From positions 19,592,001 through 19,656,000 of the forward strand of contig NC_087260.1 of the NCBI RefSeq assembly GCF_037042905.1: DNA of 64,000 bases. The letters run 5' to 3'. Source of the stretch: Lytechinus pictus. Its lineage: Eukaryota. Shown here in pieces: positions 48,701 to 63,557 of this stretch; within the stretch, counting starts at the first letter, position 1, and every line of letters starts with the position of its first letter. A program made the translations under genes and the position numbers. The notes under the pieces were generated by a model. It searched no databases. It was not told the DNA's origin and saw only the letters and a program-made list of their open reading frames with translations.

Positions 48701-51700
48701 AAAGAAGGGGGTAATAACCACGAGTATACTACCGTCATCTTCGTGGTATGGGGACAGCCAGACAGCTCTCAAGACTTTCTATGTCCATTTCAGACACAGT
48801 AGTCCGCGAGGCTGCTGATTATTCTGTTGAAAAGAGAGACCAAGGCCTTAGAAAAACGATCCGTTGGTCTCGTCGCATTTCTTGAAAATTTTGCAAGACT
48901 TGCCATTTCGTCTTGTGGTCTTTCAGCTCCATGGCTTTTAGTCGCCCTCTAGGCCCTAATGATGACATTAGTAATTGATAATGACATATACAATGATATA
49001 CAAATCCATTTTGAAATTGGACTTGGGGTGGACCGTGGAAGTATAGGGTAAAGAGAAGAAAAAGAACATTTTGAAAGCTGAAAATTTATGTTAAGTTTGT
49101 AACAATGTCAAAATGATTACAACAGTTTCATTTACATTATTAAGATACAAGAACACATCATCGGAAACGTCGTCAAACAAAACATCTGTTCATAATTTTT
49201 TCGTTGCTGTGATATCATTTTATAACGCCTCCTGCTGCAATTTCATTATTTAAAATTACAAAAGATTAATTATAATGCTTGTTTCATAGCCCTGCCCAAG
49301 AGAACTTTCTTTGATTAATAATGTCGTAAATAATTCGTCATCCCGTCTTGTGAAATGGTGCCAAGCGCGAAAACTGGGCCAACATGACAAATTAATTGCC
49401 CAGGATATTAAAATATCAGTAGACCGCATACAGGGACTCCTGATAAGAACATTCATGGTATTAATCACAAATTTTAAATAGAAATGTCTTGGTCTTTCCA
49501 AGGCCAAAAAGAGTTGGCATACTTAAACTGTGCTTCCAACCTAACGCATATATACGCGTATGCCTATGGCTCTGATTCAACAAGTGCTGGCAAAGAGCAA
49601 GGCAGGGGAAAGATGATAAAATGTATGACAATAAAGTGAAAGATGCAATAACAATAGATTTCATTACAACTGACCATGACAATTCACATGTATTTAATGT
49701 ATATTCTATTGTAAAGAATGCTGTAATTTCATGTATCATTCGTATTCAAGAATATAATTTTTAAGATGTAAAAAAAAATCGTCACGGATGTGCTCATCTT
49801 GCTATTTTGTCTTTCATTGCCTTATTTCTGTTTATCCAAACTTTTCTTCAGAGGATACCTTATATATGTATATGTGTCAGGGTTTTTTTTACGTACGTTT
49901 TCAAAGTTAGTATATTTTGTAAAGTTGTATACTATTGTTTCAATTTGTTTTTAGCAACAGAAGGTGTATATATCCAAACATTGATAGTTTTCTATGCAGA
50001 AACCACATACGGTTGTAATATTTTGGAATAAATGATTTGTATTTTGTACAAAATCTTGAATTGAAAACGGTTAATTTTGTAATGATGTTTGATCGAAAAA
50101 GTGAAATATGCAAAGGATGCAATAGGATTACTTTTAAGAGAAAAATGAGAAGGAATGACATTGGTATGATTGGATAAAAAATAGAAACGAAAAAAAAAGA
50201 ATAATATTGGGATGAGAGAGAGAGAGCAAGAAAGTGAAAGAGAAAGTATTGGGGGTAAAGAGAAGAGGCGGAACGAAATACACAAATACAGAGGAAGAAA
50301 AGTAATTAAAATAGAGTTAGAGAGACAGATAAAGAGAGAGGAAGGAGAAGGCGACAGAGATGGAGAGAGAGGGAAAGTGAGAGATGGGGGGGGGGGGGAT
50401 AGAGAAAGATACAGACGGAGAGAGACATTTTATTTTCAGAATGAAACAGAAATGTGATTGAAAAGCAATTCCACACTAAATCAGAAATAAATGCTGAACA
50501 AAAAAAAAAGAAAAGGAGATTTGCAAAGACCAACACGCCATTTTTATATTCTATATTTATATCTTGGGAAATTGCAGAATAAAATTATGACGCATTTCTT
50601 AAATGCCCCTGCCAAAACTTTAACAATTATTAGGATTACCATCCCAGTTTTTGTTTTAACTCTGAGATGTCTGCCAAAGAGCCGTGATACGTTGACTAAT
50701 AATTACAATCAAAGGTTGAAATTATTACCTGGATACGATACAAGATCCCGTTTTCTCTAAAAACTTGGGGGTCTCGCGATCAAAATATATTCTTTGATTA
50801 TTGTGTCACATTCAACTTTTTCTTTTAATTATATGTTTTATTGTTTCAAATCAAATCAAATCACAAAATTTACATATAATTGACAGTCATTTGAGAAAAA
50901 AATAGAAAAGATACAAAAAAACAATTCAAGTACCAATACACAGCGCACGAATTCGATCAATAAGATAATTGAATTCACAATGAAGTGAGTTTGAAGGGGC
51001 ATACATTTAACCTTCGCTAATTCAAGGTACTCCGTGATATCGGGCAGTTAATTTTATTTTTTCCGTGTCCCGCTATTTTGTCCATGTTCTTCCCTCATTA
51101 ATTCACATCAATGCTATTCATTCTTTTTTTTAAACCCTTATTTACCACAGTGGTGGCAGAGTGTCAAACTCGGGTGTTAGAAGGAAAAGTGGGTTATTAT
51201 TTGGCGGACAAAATATTTTGTTATCAGCATCTGACGTTCCAACACTTATGTAGGAACCGTTTAAAAATTTTCTTCCAGTGATTAAAACTTTCTTCGAATT
51301 GTTATTACTCACTGTCAGAGATCATGTAATTCTTTCAACATATGTATGATTTACTGTTTACGATGATGTGATGATTAAAAACGTTGACAATTCTCTGTTT
51401 TTGGTTTTTTCTGGGACGCGTTGGAATGGAACAATTCATTGATTCATTCGTTTTTTTAATCTATCTTTTCGATTAAATATTCATGTACTGGAGCAGCTCG
51501 TCATTCTCTGAAACAATAATGGATTCGCCCCTGTTGGCTAACCTTGAAACGATGATGGTGTACGGATGCAGCTGGTGGCCGTTGTATCACTCAGACGAGT
51601 TAACGAGGTTCCTAGGAGGCTTGATTGGAGAGGGAGGGAGTCTTTCAATGAGGGCATGACCATCATGAACATGTTAGCCCTACATTCTCAAGGATTTCTC

Positions 51701-53600
51701 TTCAATCATGATAATGTTTTCGGGCACGTTTCGCACATTTACTAGTTAATTTGCTTAATTTACTCGTTTCTGCCTTATTCCCCGATTTCCCCTCGCCAAG
51801 ACAAAGGATAGTTAAAAGCTGCCAACAATTAAATAAGTAAGAAGAATCAGTTTAGATATTGTTAGGTCAGATCTTATACAGATAAAAAAGGGCAAAGTAT
51901 GTTTTATTACCCATTTTGCATTTCCAAATATTTCATACAATTTTCTTGCTCAATCAAACTAAAAGAGGTTAATTTTATATAAAGCACATTGTGTAAGTAA
52001 TTTTGAAATTCCACAGTGATGACTTAGAGAGTGCACATAAGACCTGGTAGTGTTTTGAACCTTTCGTCACAAGAGTCCGTTGCATTAACCACTAACCCAA
52101 GTGAACTCGTAAACCCACTGATGCAGTCGTGCTGTGGCCGGAGGCATTAACAAATCTAATGATATACAGCTATGAATCAGACCGTCTTGGGTCACCCTTA
52201 AATGCAGCTGTTCGGTTCAGCAGGGTTGCCCAGTCCATAGTTAAAAGGGGTCCCTGTAACACCGAATGTAGGAGGGCATGGGGTGAGATACCTGTTGGTC
52301 TTTACTTTAATCCAAATAAACTAGGCAACATATAGGCATGTATTATGAATACGGTTCAACTTAAAATAATTCTGTATCAGTTCAACATAGTTGACCCCTC
52401 GTATGAGGTCTTTCATTTTTTGTTTCTGTTATCTTGTCCCTTCCTTATTTCGCGATTCCGTTGTGGGGTTCATGGGCTACCCCACTGCAGCTGTTGGATT
52501 TTGTGACTCGATTTGAGTCTGACTAAATTCCCCCAAAAATGTAAATGGATAAGAACTGACAGGTTCAACCCCCAAGTCTAACGAAGAGGATGTGAGATAC
52601 AAGTGAATATCACGGAATTCTTTCGAATTATTACTAGATTATTTACAGAATCCGAATTTAAAGAGATAAAGGGGGAGAAGTTTTGAAATTAGCTTCACAT
52701 AAGTATTTCTTGACATCAGCTGCCCTGGTGGTGTTTCATAATTTTAAGCACGATTGAAAATCTGTTCTCTGGTACTGCCTGAAGTCTCGCGTAACTAGAG
52801 AAACAGCTTTATGGAACTAACGAGGAATTATTTTTCTGAGGGGAAGAGGGGGAGATGAGACCTTTTAGAGGAAGAGATGGAAGAGAGAGAGAGAGGGAGA
52901 AAGATTGAGAGAGAGAGAGAGAGAAAGAGAAAGAAAGAAAGACCGAGAGGGAGGGAGAGGGAGAAAGAGATAAAGAAGAGGCTGTGATTACACAAAACTT
53001 GGAAACGTTGATATAGCGATAAAACAGTGCTTGTAATCAATTGAACAGTCATTTTGAGGAAGTGTTGATTCTTGAGCATTCTGTAAAGGTTCCCTAACCC
53101 CCCTCACCCCAGAATGCACACAGGTAGCTGTAACAGAGTGGGTCAATGTGCAAAGTCAATCCTTAATTGCGTGCTACATTCTTCGTCAAGTTTTCAGTGA
53201 TTACCCATTACCATTCTCTCCATTGTGACACGGATAACCCATGTACACCGGGTACATTCACTTGGTTTTATAGCTCACGTCGACAGATGATTTCTTTCGC
53301 ATCCTTTATACATGGCATCCTCGTTTCGAAGTACAAGTCAATGTTTGAATTGCTTGACGAGATTCATCAATATAATGAAGAGGAGTTTGGTATTACTCTC
53401 TTAGTCCCATTTTCGTAGACAAACTGTTCTTTGCTTTCCGTGTAACTCCCTAAACACATACAGCCACCCATCTACACTTACAACTCGCATATCGATGTAA
53501 ATTAATAAAAGTTTGATCTTGACTTGATTGGTCAAAAGGCATTGGTCAAGCCTTCATTGCATGCGAACCTCTTTATCACAGAATAAGTCTTTGATCAATG

Positions 53601-55190
53601 ATCAGTTACTACTCTCTCCATTAGGACACGGATAGGGCGAGTATTCGTGAACACTCACGTCGTTAAGGTCAACCTAATCCGCTGTCAAATGAACATTATT
53701 AGATTTGCGGTTTACTTGACCGTACTGACAGTTCCCCTCGCACCTTAATATCCGATTTCAGAAGAAGAAGTCAAAGATCAAAGTTTAAAATGTAGGCTGA
53801 AGCTTTGCTTGAGAAAAACACGATATGAATGAAGAATTTTGTGTTGATAATTTTTGAGAAAGTATTGAGCAAGACCATCTCAATAAAAAAAAATGTTGCA
53901 CACATTTACTATTTCTTTTGTATTTTAATAACTATGAAATTCCAACTAAGGTTTACATATAGAAAATAAATTAATATATGTAAACTTGGAATCAAGCTCG
54001 GCATATGATTTTCATCAGTTGCTACTCTCTCCATTAGGACAAGGATAAGACGAGTATTCCGTGAACGCTCACGTCGTTAAGGTCAACCTAACCCACTGTC
54101 AAATGAACATTTTGGGATTTGTGGTTTGCTTGACCAAGTTGACAATTTCTCTTGCACCCTAATATCCGATTTCAGAAGAAGAAGTCAAAGATCAAAGTTT
54201 AAAATGTAGGCTGAAGCTTAACTTGAGAAAAACATGATATGAATGAATAATTTTTGTTGTTGATAATTTATGAGAAAGTATTGAGCAAGAACATTTCAAT
54301 AAAAAAAATTATTGTACACATTTACTCTTTCTTTTGTATTTCGATAAGTATGAAATTCAAACCCGGGTTTACATATAATGTAGAAAACAAAATGAAATAT
54401 GTAAACTGAGAATCAAGCTTGGCAGATAAGCTTCATCAGTTACTACTCTCTCCATTAGGACAAGGATAATGCGAATATACCATGTACACTCACGTCGTTA
54501 AGGTCAACCTAGCCCACTGTCAAATGAACATTATTAGATTTGTGGTTTACTTGACCGTGTTGACAGTTTCCCTCACAAGCCAAAGTTTAAACTTCCTTCA
54601 TGGGATTTACACATATAATGAGAAAAGTGGTGTTAATATCTTACTTCTACTTCTCTCGCACCCCTGTATCCAATTTCAGAAGTAGAATTCAAAAATCAAA
54701 GTATAAAACGAGGGCTGAAGATCTGCTTGACAATTCCTCGTACGAATCAAGGACTTTGTGTTGATTAAGCCCATCTTTTTAGAAAAGGAAAAGAAAGAAC
54801 ATCTAAACAAGCTGAAAGGCATTAACAAAAAAATCCTACATAACACTAACACCTTAACTTTTTGTCAAAAGATGGATCTGAAAATAATCATTAAAAAAAG
54901 GAATGAAAGGTTGTTTCCGCTAAATTTAACAAAATTTGTCTAAGCAAATGCTGGTTATATGCAAGTTCGAGAGGTAATTTAGTCATGCAGTCACTATTTA
55001 TTTTATACTTAATATAAAATAAAAGAAATTTAAATTTCTAAGATTTGATAATAAAGAAGCTCTTACTTAAATCACTGTAATTTAGAATGAGGATTTCACA
55101 TATTAAGAGTGAATTCAAACCAGGGTTTACACTATAAAAATAAAACTGAAATATGTATACTTGGAATCAAGCTTGGCAGATGATCTCAAT
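53601..55190. repeat. Tandem duplication, ~415-bp unit, three copies (starts 53601, 54014, 54435)
   Basis: Each unit begins ATCAGTTRCTACTCTCTCCATTAGGACA. The third is more diverged and expanded, and ends in a matching GAATCAAGCTTGGCAGAT near 55165-55182. Confidence 0.92.
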
Positions 55191-56696
55191 TACCGCAAAT
55201 AAAGATAAAATCACAGTAATATATAAAACAAACATTGGGATATTATTTGCAATATAAAACAAGTAAGTACGGTTACCGAGTGAAGATTTTCCCATTTTAA
55301 CACCCGTTCTTAATCTCTATAATAAACCCTGAATGGTATCTCAATGGCGGCTAGGATACTGCACGTATCCATTTTTACAGGTCAGCAAATTATTTGGTCA
55401 CGCAAATGTCCACTAAAATTCAAGGCTGACCTGACTGATGGCTAAGAGACCTGGCAGTGTCCACCAAGAAACGGAAATTGTTGATTTCTTTTTCTAATTA
55501 TGGGGATAGGATAAATACTTAAGGGACTGAATATTGTGGTTATGTCCAAATGAAGGTAAATTATAGTTTCAATACTAGTAATTAATGCCTAAACATGAAG
55601 AAACAAAGTCAAAGTACCGAATTTGTTCAAAACTGTTTCTGTTCAACATGCTTTCTCATCGTGTAGTGACAGGGGAATCGGGTAAGGTGTAACTACACCC
55701 ATGGTTTTTCAAGCAGAGCGATGAAACATTGATATATATTTTTTTAATATATAAAAGTAATAATAAGAAAAAAATATTAAGAATAAAAAAGTATTAGCAT
55801 TCGAAAAAACAGCAACACATCATATAATTCATTCGTAGTCATAGAGAAATCATGAATAAAAAGCAGATTTGCTTTTTCCACATTCTGCATAAGTGGAGAT
55901 TTCACACGGCTCGTTTAACATGAAGACGTAATATATGTTTACATTATTCAAAATTGCCATCTTACGTTGGAACAATATCAGCAAATATATACTTTGGAGG
56001 CTTCCTTCGTTATTTTCAAATTTATACTATGACTTTAAAAACCGATGTAACTGAAATACGTGCTATCATATTATACTAGTCTAAGTCAAAGGTAAGGTTA
56101 CCTTTAGTTCTATCATTCTTTGGGGTTAAACGGAATTATCAATTTCAAACGATTCCGTCCAAAGTTTATCTCAATTATGAATCATTTATTCATTTCCATT
56201 TTCGATATTTCATATTTCGATCTCGCCAATCTCTAGAATCTTTGAGATCTATTTTCTACAGAAAGCGAAATCTAAACGATGTATTAGACATGTTAAATGA
56301 GTGATTGCGTGATGCGATGGTCCGTCTCATACATGTCATATTACATCTATTGAGGTTTTGAAGAGAAATAAAGAGCTATATGACTTGCAGGTAAGATTCT
56401 CTGATTAACCAGTATCAAAAATCTTGCGGTATTTGCTCCTGTAACAATATTGTTTCAACCTTAAATAAGTGAGCTACAAGTCATCTGCCTTAAGGTTACT
56501 TTTTAATTACGTTGCAAATCGTCATTAAAAAAAAAGACATTCTCCACCCTGGGCTAGTGTAGTAAGGGTTCGTAGCATGAGCTTTCCAGGCGCATATGGG
56601 CATTTCCGCGAACAAGGTGGAATAGAACATGTATTTATTTAAATATGTTGCTGGTTTTGTTGCATATCACACTTTAATTCTGAGAAAGTAGTCTTA

Positions 56697-57101
56697 AGGC
56701 CACCGCACACCTTACGACTGTTCATGATCCGATTTTGGAACAAATCGCATTTTGCTCATTTTCTGAAAATGTGAATGGAACATATCATTTTATTTGAGGT
56801 AAAAACTAATTGAAAGAATACTAATATAACCATTTTGAAAGATTGCAAGCCTTTCTTTTGGAGTAAAGGCCAAATTAGTTTCAAATTGTAGCCAATCGTA
56901 CGACTGCTATGACGTCATTACGACTAGATATTAAAGTTGCGTTTATTCTAAGAAGGATGATAGCATAGTCACAGATCGTAAGATGATTTCGAACATTACA
57001 CAATAAGATATTCCAAGTCTCAATATAGCATCAAATTCTACTACGTATATTCCAAAAATTGAGACAGAGTCGCAGACCAATCGTAAGGTGTGTGGTCGCC
57101 T
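56697..57101. mobile_element. PIF/Harbinger-like MITE, TTA TSD
   Basis: TTA|AGGCCACCGCACACCTTACGA ... TCGTAAGGTGTGTGGTCGCCT|TTA. Confidence 0.88.
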
Positions 57102-60100
57102 TTAGTAATCACTTCGTAATATTTCATTCAAGTTTCTAAAACCATATATACAGATGCTTCCCAGCCACAGTATGTTGATTGAATATTGCAAAAAACTAGG
57201 AGTCATTCATTTCAGATAACGGCAACTACCATGGTAACAGAACTCAACAGCCAATCACAATCCAGGATACAATGGTAGTTACAATAATGGACAAAGTTAA
57301 AATAGTTGCCGATATCTTTATGAAATGGGGGTCCTTGTCCTTCAGCCTGTGCCCAACGCCATTACATACCTCTGATTTTTTTTTTCTTACAAAAAGAATC
57401 TTGGCTTAAAGTAGCTGTGCCTAAATCAAAGGCCTTTTAGCAAGCTTCGGGCGATCTTTCTTGCGTGTGATAAGGATCGAAGCAGTTTTTCTCTCTACCT
57501 TCCTTAACTCGATATCGTATTTAATATCTGTCATAAAAATCAGACAATCTTGTCGTGAAATTTCGAGGACCCAGTTCCCTTCGATGAAACATTGCGTCCG
57601 GTGTGACGTCACGACGGACTTGGGCTTCCTGTCTGAGTCTGAGCACTTCCTTTTATGGCCTGAGAATGTTCCTTTTTGAGGGTGTCATTGGATTTCAAAA
57701 TGTGAAAGTTGGAATTGGTTCATGTTAAAACTCTAAACGTTCTCTGGTCAATTTTAACTGGTAACTCAAGCATGACATAAGTTAGTTAAGGTAGATGGCA
57801 TGAAAAACAAAAACAATCAGCATGATTAAGAGGAGTCATGATAGACAGGGGCGATGTAACATGGTCTCGCTAATCTTCCGTAACTTTCCCTCTACCCCAG
57901 TAACTTACATCTTAATGCTTTATTTTGGTTTTCAAATTAACGTCGTGCTTCCTACTTTTGCTATGAAAATATAAAAAGCATATCTATCTCTCTTCAGCAT
58001 CCAATAAAAAATGCAAAGAAAAGTATGGCTTTTGAAAAGGCTTAAAACACATATCTGTTGTCAAAGAATTATTCGTTCTAGTGATATGAAAATTTAAAAG
58101 ATAAAACAGGCGATATATAATGATTCTTGGCAATGTCTGGTGTTTAATATCATTTCATCTCTTTGGCAAGGAGATAGTACTACTAGGTATTGAAATATCT
58201 TCTCCTGTTATGCACTACTTGAATATATCAAATAAAAATCACTTACTTGAATAAAGCAATTGCAATTCGTATATGAAATTTTTAATGCCAAACCGTTACA
58301 GTTTTAGAGATTCGTGACTGACAACTTTCAACTAGTTAACATTAATACGGGTATTTGATGAATCTTATTTTCATCTCTAAGGATAAAACGAAACCATCAA
58401 TAGCATCATTATGCATGACTATGATCAGCCTACACATCTGAGTAATAAACGGTATCCCTTTTTGAAGATTTTATGTGATTTTTGTAAGAAAATAAAAGCG
58501 TACTGAACCCACTAGTGATGATTTAAGTAGCTAACACTAGTGTACATATGTGGGGCTATATGTAGTGATTGTTTGAATAATCATGGGACTAACTTTGTCA
58601 ATGAAACTTAATCTATCTTGAATTAACAGAAGTTCTGGCTCCATCAATTATTGTATCTTAAATTAGATAGAAAGGGGATTTATTTATGTATCGCACAATT
58701 CATTTCGAACGTCTACATGTTTTAGTTATCAAAAGCTATTTTGTGGGATTAATCGGATGGTTGTTTGAAAATGGCTAATACAACTCAGATTCTTGTTGGT
58801 TAGCGGCAAAAATGATAGCTGAGAAATGAGAATACACAGTTCAGATGCTGGCGGATTATTAAGATATCACATTTTATCACACTTTGGAGACAGTTTCAAC
58901 GCCTCCGAGAGCATGTTTAAACTGATGATATATGGCAAGAAAAAAAATGCAATTCATACCTAAATGTAGCAAGATTACTACCACTCCTTGCTACGTAATT
59001 TCGACCTAACCTTGTAAGCGGAGAAAATCAGATAACACCGCGGAAGAAAATAAATGAGCCTTAACTTGAAACAGAAGAAGAACCAATTTACACCATCAGT
59101 TATGATCAGATCCAGTTTTCCTCTGTAAGTTTTAAAGACACAATTCGGAATTAGTAAAGATGATAAATAAAAACTGAAAGTTTTCATTCCCATTTGGTTT
59201 CTTTTCTTGACAAATCACAGTTCGGTGGAATTTGTTGAAGAGGTTCTATTTGGCAAGTTGGGGGAAATGTCTTTGCTTTGGTTGTTTCACAAATATTAAC
59301 GAAACTTGCTACACCCTAACAACATTAATAATGAGCATGAATCTCAATTTCTGCACAAAAAAGTCCAATAATCTGTTTCCATGTTATTGATAATTTTCTA
59401 CTAAAACGATGGATCATTTTTGGTCGAAAGTTGAAAATTTGCTTCTTGATGAAATGCATTCCGAAAATTTTCAAACTGCACGATCAATGACACGGTGAGT
59501 TATAGGCTAAATGGAAGTCATTAATTATCTTTTAAATTAATAAATAAACAAAACGAAAACTGATCTGCCGTATACAAGAGGACAGAAGTTCTGATGATTT
59601 AAAAGAAAAAAAAATCAAATTTCAGAATAACATTCTATTACTGGATATGTTACCTTTAACATTTCACCACGTTGAAATTCCTAACCGGCGTTTTGAAAAT
59701 GATGATTCAACAATTTAGTTTTCATAATGTACATTATCTCTAAACATGAACAGCTTCTTTTAAAAATTAGTTCCAGACAACTGTTGGTCATTATCATAGA
59801 ATGCCCCAAAGTGGACTTTAACTTCGAACAGATAGAAGACCAATTTACACCATCGGATCGGGTTTTCCTACGTAATTGTTCCGAAGAGGAACGTTTTGTG
59901 CCGATTCATGCCGATCTGTCATCGTGGTGAAATGCATACTCCAATAATTTCGTTTTCTTCAAGTTTCCTCAGATGAATGGTCAGTCCTATATTAATCTAC
60001 GGTGGATTAAAGCGGATTACCATTTTTGTGAAAAGTTTCTTGTCTGGCGCTTGTTTAGATAAAGATAGAAGAATCGGTTGGTAGAGTACTTGCCAAGAGG

Positions 60101-63100
60101 CGAAAGTCACCCATAATGGTTGACCTGCATCTATCGTCCGAGTGAAACCCGAGCTTCTGAAACATCTCTGTGTACATTTTTTTGTGTTCTCTGTAGTAAA
60201 AAGACAAGAGTTTTGAGGATTAGATTTTTGGCAAAGCACACTATTTCGAAAGAAATAAAATCGAGAAAGCAAAGCGAGCGCGTGGAGTTAAAAATGACAT
60301 TTATTCATTCATTTTCCGTCAGAAAAAATACAAAATGACTTGGCTGCTCTGACACCAAGTCCTCTTGAAGTCCATCACTACCCTTACTCATCCTTCCCCG
60401 TCATCTTTTATTTATCTATCATTTTGGCAATCTTTATGCCACTCTTTCAACATATTCAATAACTTTCTAATTTGTATAATTATATCTAAAGCAAGAACAA
60501 CAATCGCAAAATTCATGACGAAATTTCAACAAGCACTGCAGTAATGTCATAACGATACGCCATACAAAAAAAATCATTTTCAATATTTTTTTTTACTTTT
60601 CAAAGAATGACACAACTCTTGTAACAATGTATATTGTTTATTGTAATTTATCTATCAAGCATATTATGAATTTTCTTTGTTGAAATATCGCCCCTATTCT
60701 ATGAAGTAAGCATGTATGTATGTTTTGTGTGAATGTTTTTTGTATTATTCTGAATGCTTCCTGTATCCGAAATAACCAGTTGCCCGTAAAAGCACTAGAA
60801 CATCTACTCTGTAAAACTTGTAAGTCTGCTGCAAGTGCATATTAGTATAATGTTCTGCATTGCATACAGCATGATTAAAGTTTGCTCTATCCTTAAACTA
60901 ATACATACATCTTTGGGGGTCACAAGACAGCACGGAGTGTTAATTGACTGTCGACTTGAAACTGAGAAATACCGGAAGATTCAATTTCCTAGAGTTATTT
61001 AGGAGCGGAAGAGTGGAGCTGAGAAGATGTTTTTCGAGCTCTGTATCAAGGCAGAAGACATGTACCCTGTCTCCGACGATATTAATAATTTTGTTCGTTT
61101 GTTTAATTTAAGAAATTCTGTTCGGATTGGGATTTAGAGTTCGGTTTCCTTTGACGCCTACTGAAAGGCGCTATACAATGCAGGATGATCGCGCTTTGAA
61201 GTTGGTTCCATGCACTATTTTTGAAGTGAACGATTTATTTTATCTATTCTATTTATCAGTTCATTTAATCATTTACTTATGTATTTATTTACTTATTTAT
61301 TCATTAACAAATTCAATAATTTATTTATTTTCTTATTAATCAATTAATTAATTCCTTAATTAATTAATTAATTGGTAATTAAATAATTAATTTATCAATT
61401 AATTAATCAATTAATTTTATTTGAACATGGTGGTCCCGTCAGCATTATTAATTTCCAGGAGACCAGGCAAACAATTATATTACAACATTAAATTTATTGA
61501 ATAATATAGACAAAATAGAACGCATTAATAGGGCCTACATAAAAAATGTACCAACAAAAGGGTTTAAGACGAGTGTGGAAAAAAACCCAAAGCGAAATAT
61601 ATAAGGAAGACAAAATTTCAATAAGGAAATATAATTACAAATCAGCGAATGCATTCTTACAATAAAATATCAGCTCAGAATATATGTTAAACTAATGTAA
61701 AAAAACCAAATCAATAATTATTTGCAAACAATAAATAGGAGGGCAACCATTAGCATTTAACCTTGACGGATGGTATAATGATATTCATATTTATATAGAC
61801 ATTAAATGACTGTCATGGTAATCACAATTCTCTTTTTTATATTTAAGGATTTATTGAAAATATTCCAACATAATCAGCACAAACTTACAAATAAATCAAG
61901 AGAATTGTGGTGAACCAGTAGAAATACTATTACTTCAATTACTAATATTTCTGTAAATAAGAAATTAGCAAGCTATAACAAAGTGGTGATGTTAATACTC
62001 ATGATAAATGCAACCAATTTACCTCCACTTATAAGACCTTTTTTTCAAAGTCACTTTAGACAACTTTATTATCACTTTAACAATTATTAACAGTACAATA
62101 GAACAATTTACAGACAAATACACGTCGTGAATAATTATAGATAATGAAAGGGACCATATTCGAGTAATGACAGATGATTTTCAGATAAAGAAGATTATGA
62201 ATGCGTTTTCACAGTCATGATTATGACTCAACATAGTCTTTAATTTGTTTTATTCACACAATTTCCACATTTTGTTTAAATTATGATTTAAATTGGAAAC
62301 ATAATTCTGATAATGCAAAGCACTTCATTGGCATCCCTGCTTGAGTTATCTGGCCCATTTTAAAATCACAAGTAATTGCAATATCATCATTTTTAAACCA
62401 CTTTCAGTTTCACTTATATATTGTTCTAAGTGGGTTAAGGAAACACAGTTAAGATGTCTCTTGTTCATCTCTTGGCGATGAAACAAGTGGTTTGTCCCCA
62501 GATACTTTATTTTACGTCAGCAAAACTTGATTTTTAATCCCTGTACAATGAATAGTACTGTAAATCGTGGATCGAATACAAATTAATTTCACAGACAAGG
62601 TTTCAAAACTTCTGTTTAAAGAGAAATGGATTGTTAAAGTATAACCTGGATAATGCAGATAGATCTCAATTTAGAATAAAAAGAAATAATTTTGTAATTT
62701 CATGGAAGCCCTTTCATTAACGATACCAACATTTTGACTGAACTCGGAACGTTGTCGCCTGCCTCTCTNNNNNNNNNNNNNNNNNNNNNNNNNNNNNNNN
62801 NNNNNNNNNNNNNNNNNNNNNNNNNNNNNNNNNNNNNNNNNNNNNNNNNNNNNNNNNNNNNNNNNNNNNNNNNNNNNNNNNNNNNNNNNNNNNNNNNNNN
62901 NNNNNNNNNNNNNNNNNNNNNNNNNNNNNNNNNNNNNNNNNNNNNNNNNNNNNNNNNNNNNNNNNNNNNNNNNNNNNNNNNNNNNNNNNNNNNNNNNNNN
63001 NGGGCATGAAGGGCAGGGCCATTGCCATAACTGTCCGAACCCAAGGCAAATTGCCGACAAGCCCAAGATAGTCATGACCTCCAAGGACAAATCAAATAAA

Positions 63101-63557
63101 TGATAACTTTCATCGAGGCTGAGACGGAGCTCGGGATCACAACGGGTTTTCTAATCAAGAAAAGTTATATCAATCGACTTATTTTTACCTTCTTGTTTCT
63201 GAAAAATTTCTTGACCTCGTCAGAGGACCTACCCCGAGACCGAACCAAGACCAAGGCCAATGTCCAAAACCAAGAACGTTAGATCTACGGTGTCTAGGCC
63301 AAGGTTGAAGACTAGACGCCCAAGGCCGGTCTCCATGAACACCACACTAGTTAATAAATAGTTCTGATAAGAATGTTTATGTCAGACAATTAATGTGCGA
63401 TCGTTTTAGCTCCTTGAAACATGCCAGCCATGAATTAGACAAATGAAAATAGTTGTTTATGCTTTGTGGCTGCTCTCTCACTCCCCTCCCACTCTCTTTA
63501 GATTTATTTGCACTATTTGCACTGAAAAAGAAAATTATGAAAACGTATTTCCTTATA

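Noticed and set aside
50212-53079. R/E-rich and S/L-rich ORFs at 50212-50457 and 52828-53079
   Set aside because: They are translations of (GA)n purine tracts.
7722-63090. Long ORFs full of X in the ORF track (e.g. 11091-11772, 14401-15057, 29757-30444, 32058-32535, 62671-63090)
   Set aside because: They are artefacts of reading through N gaps.
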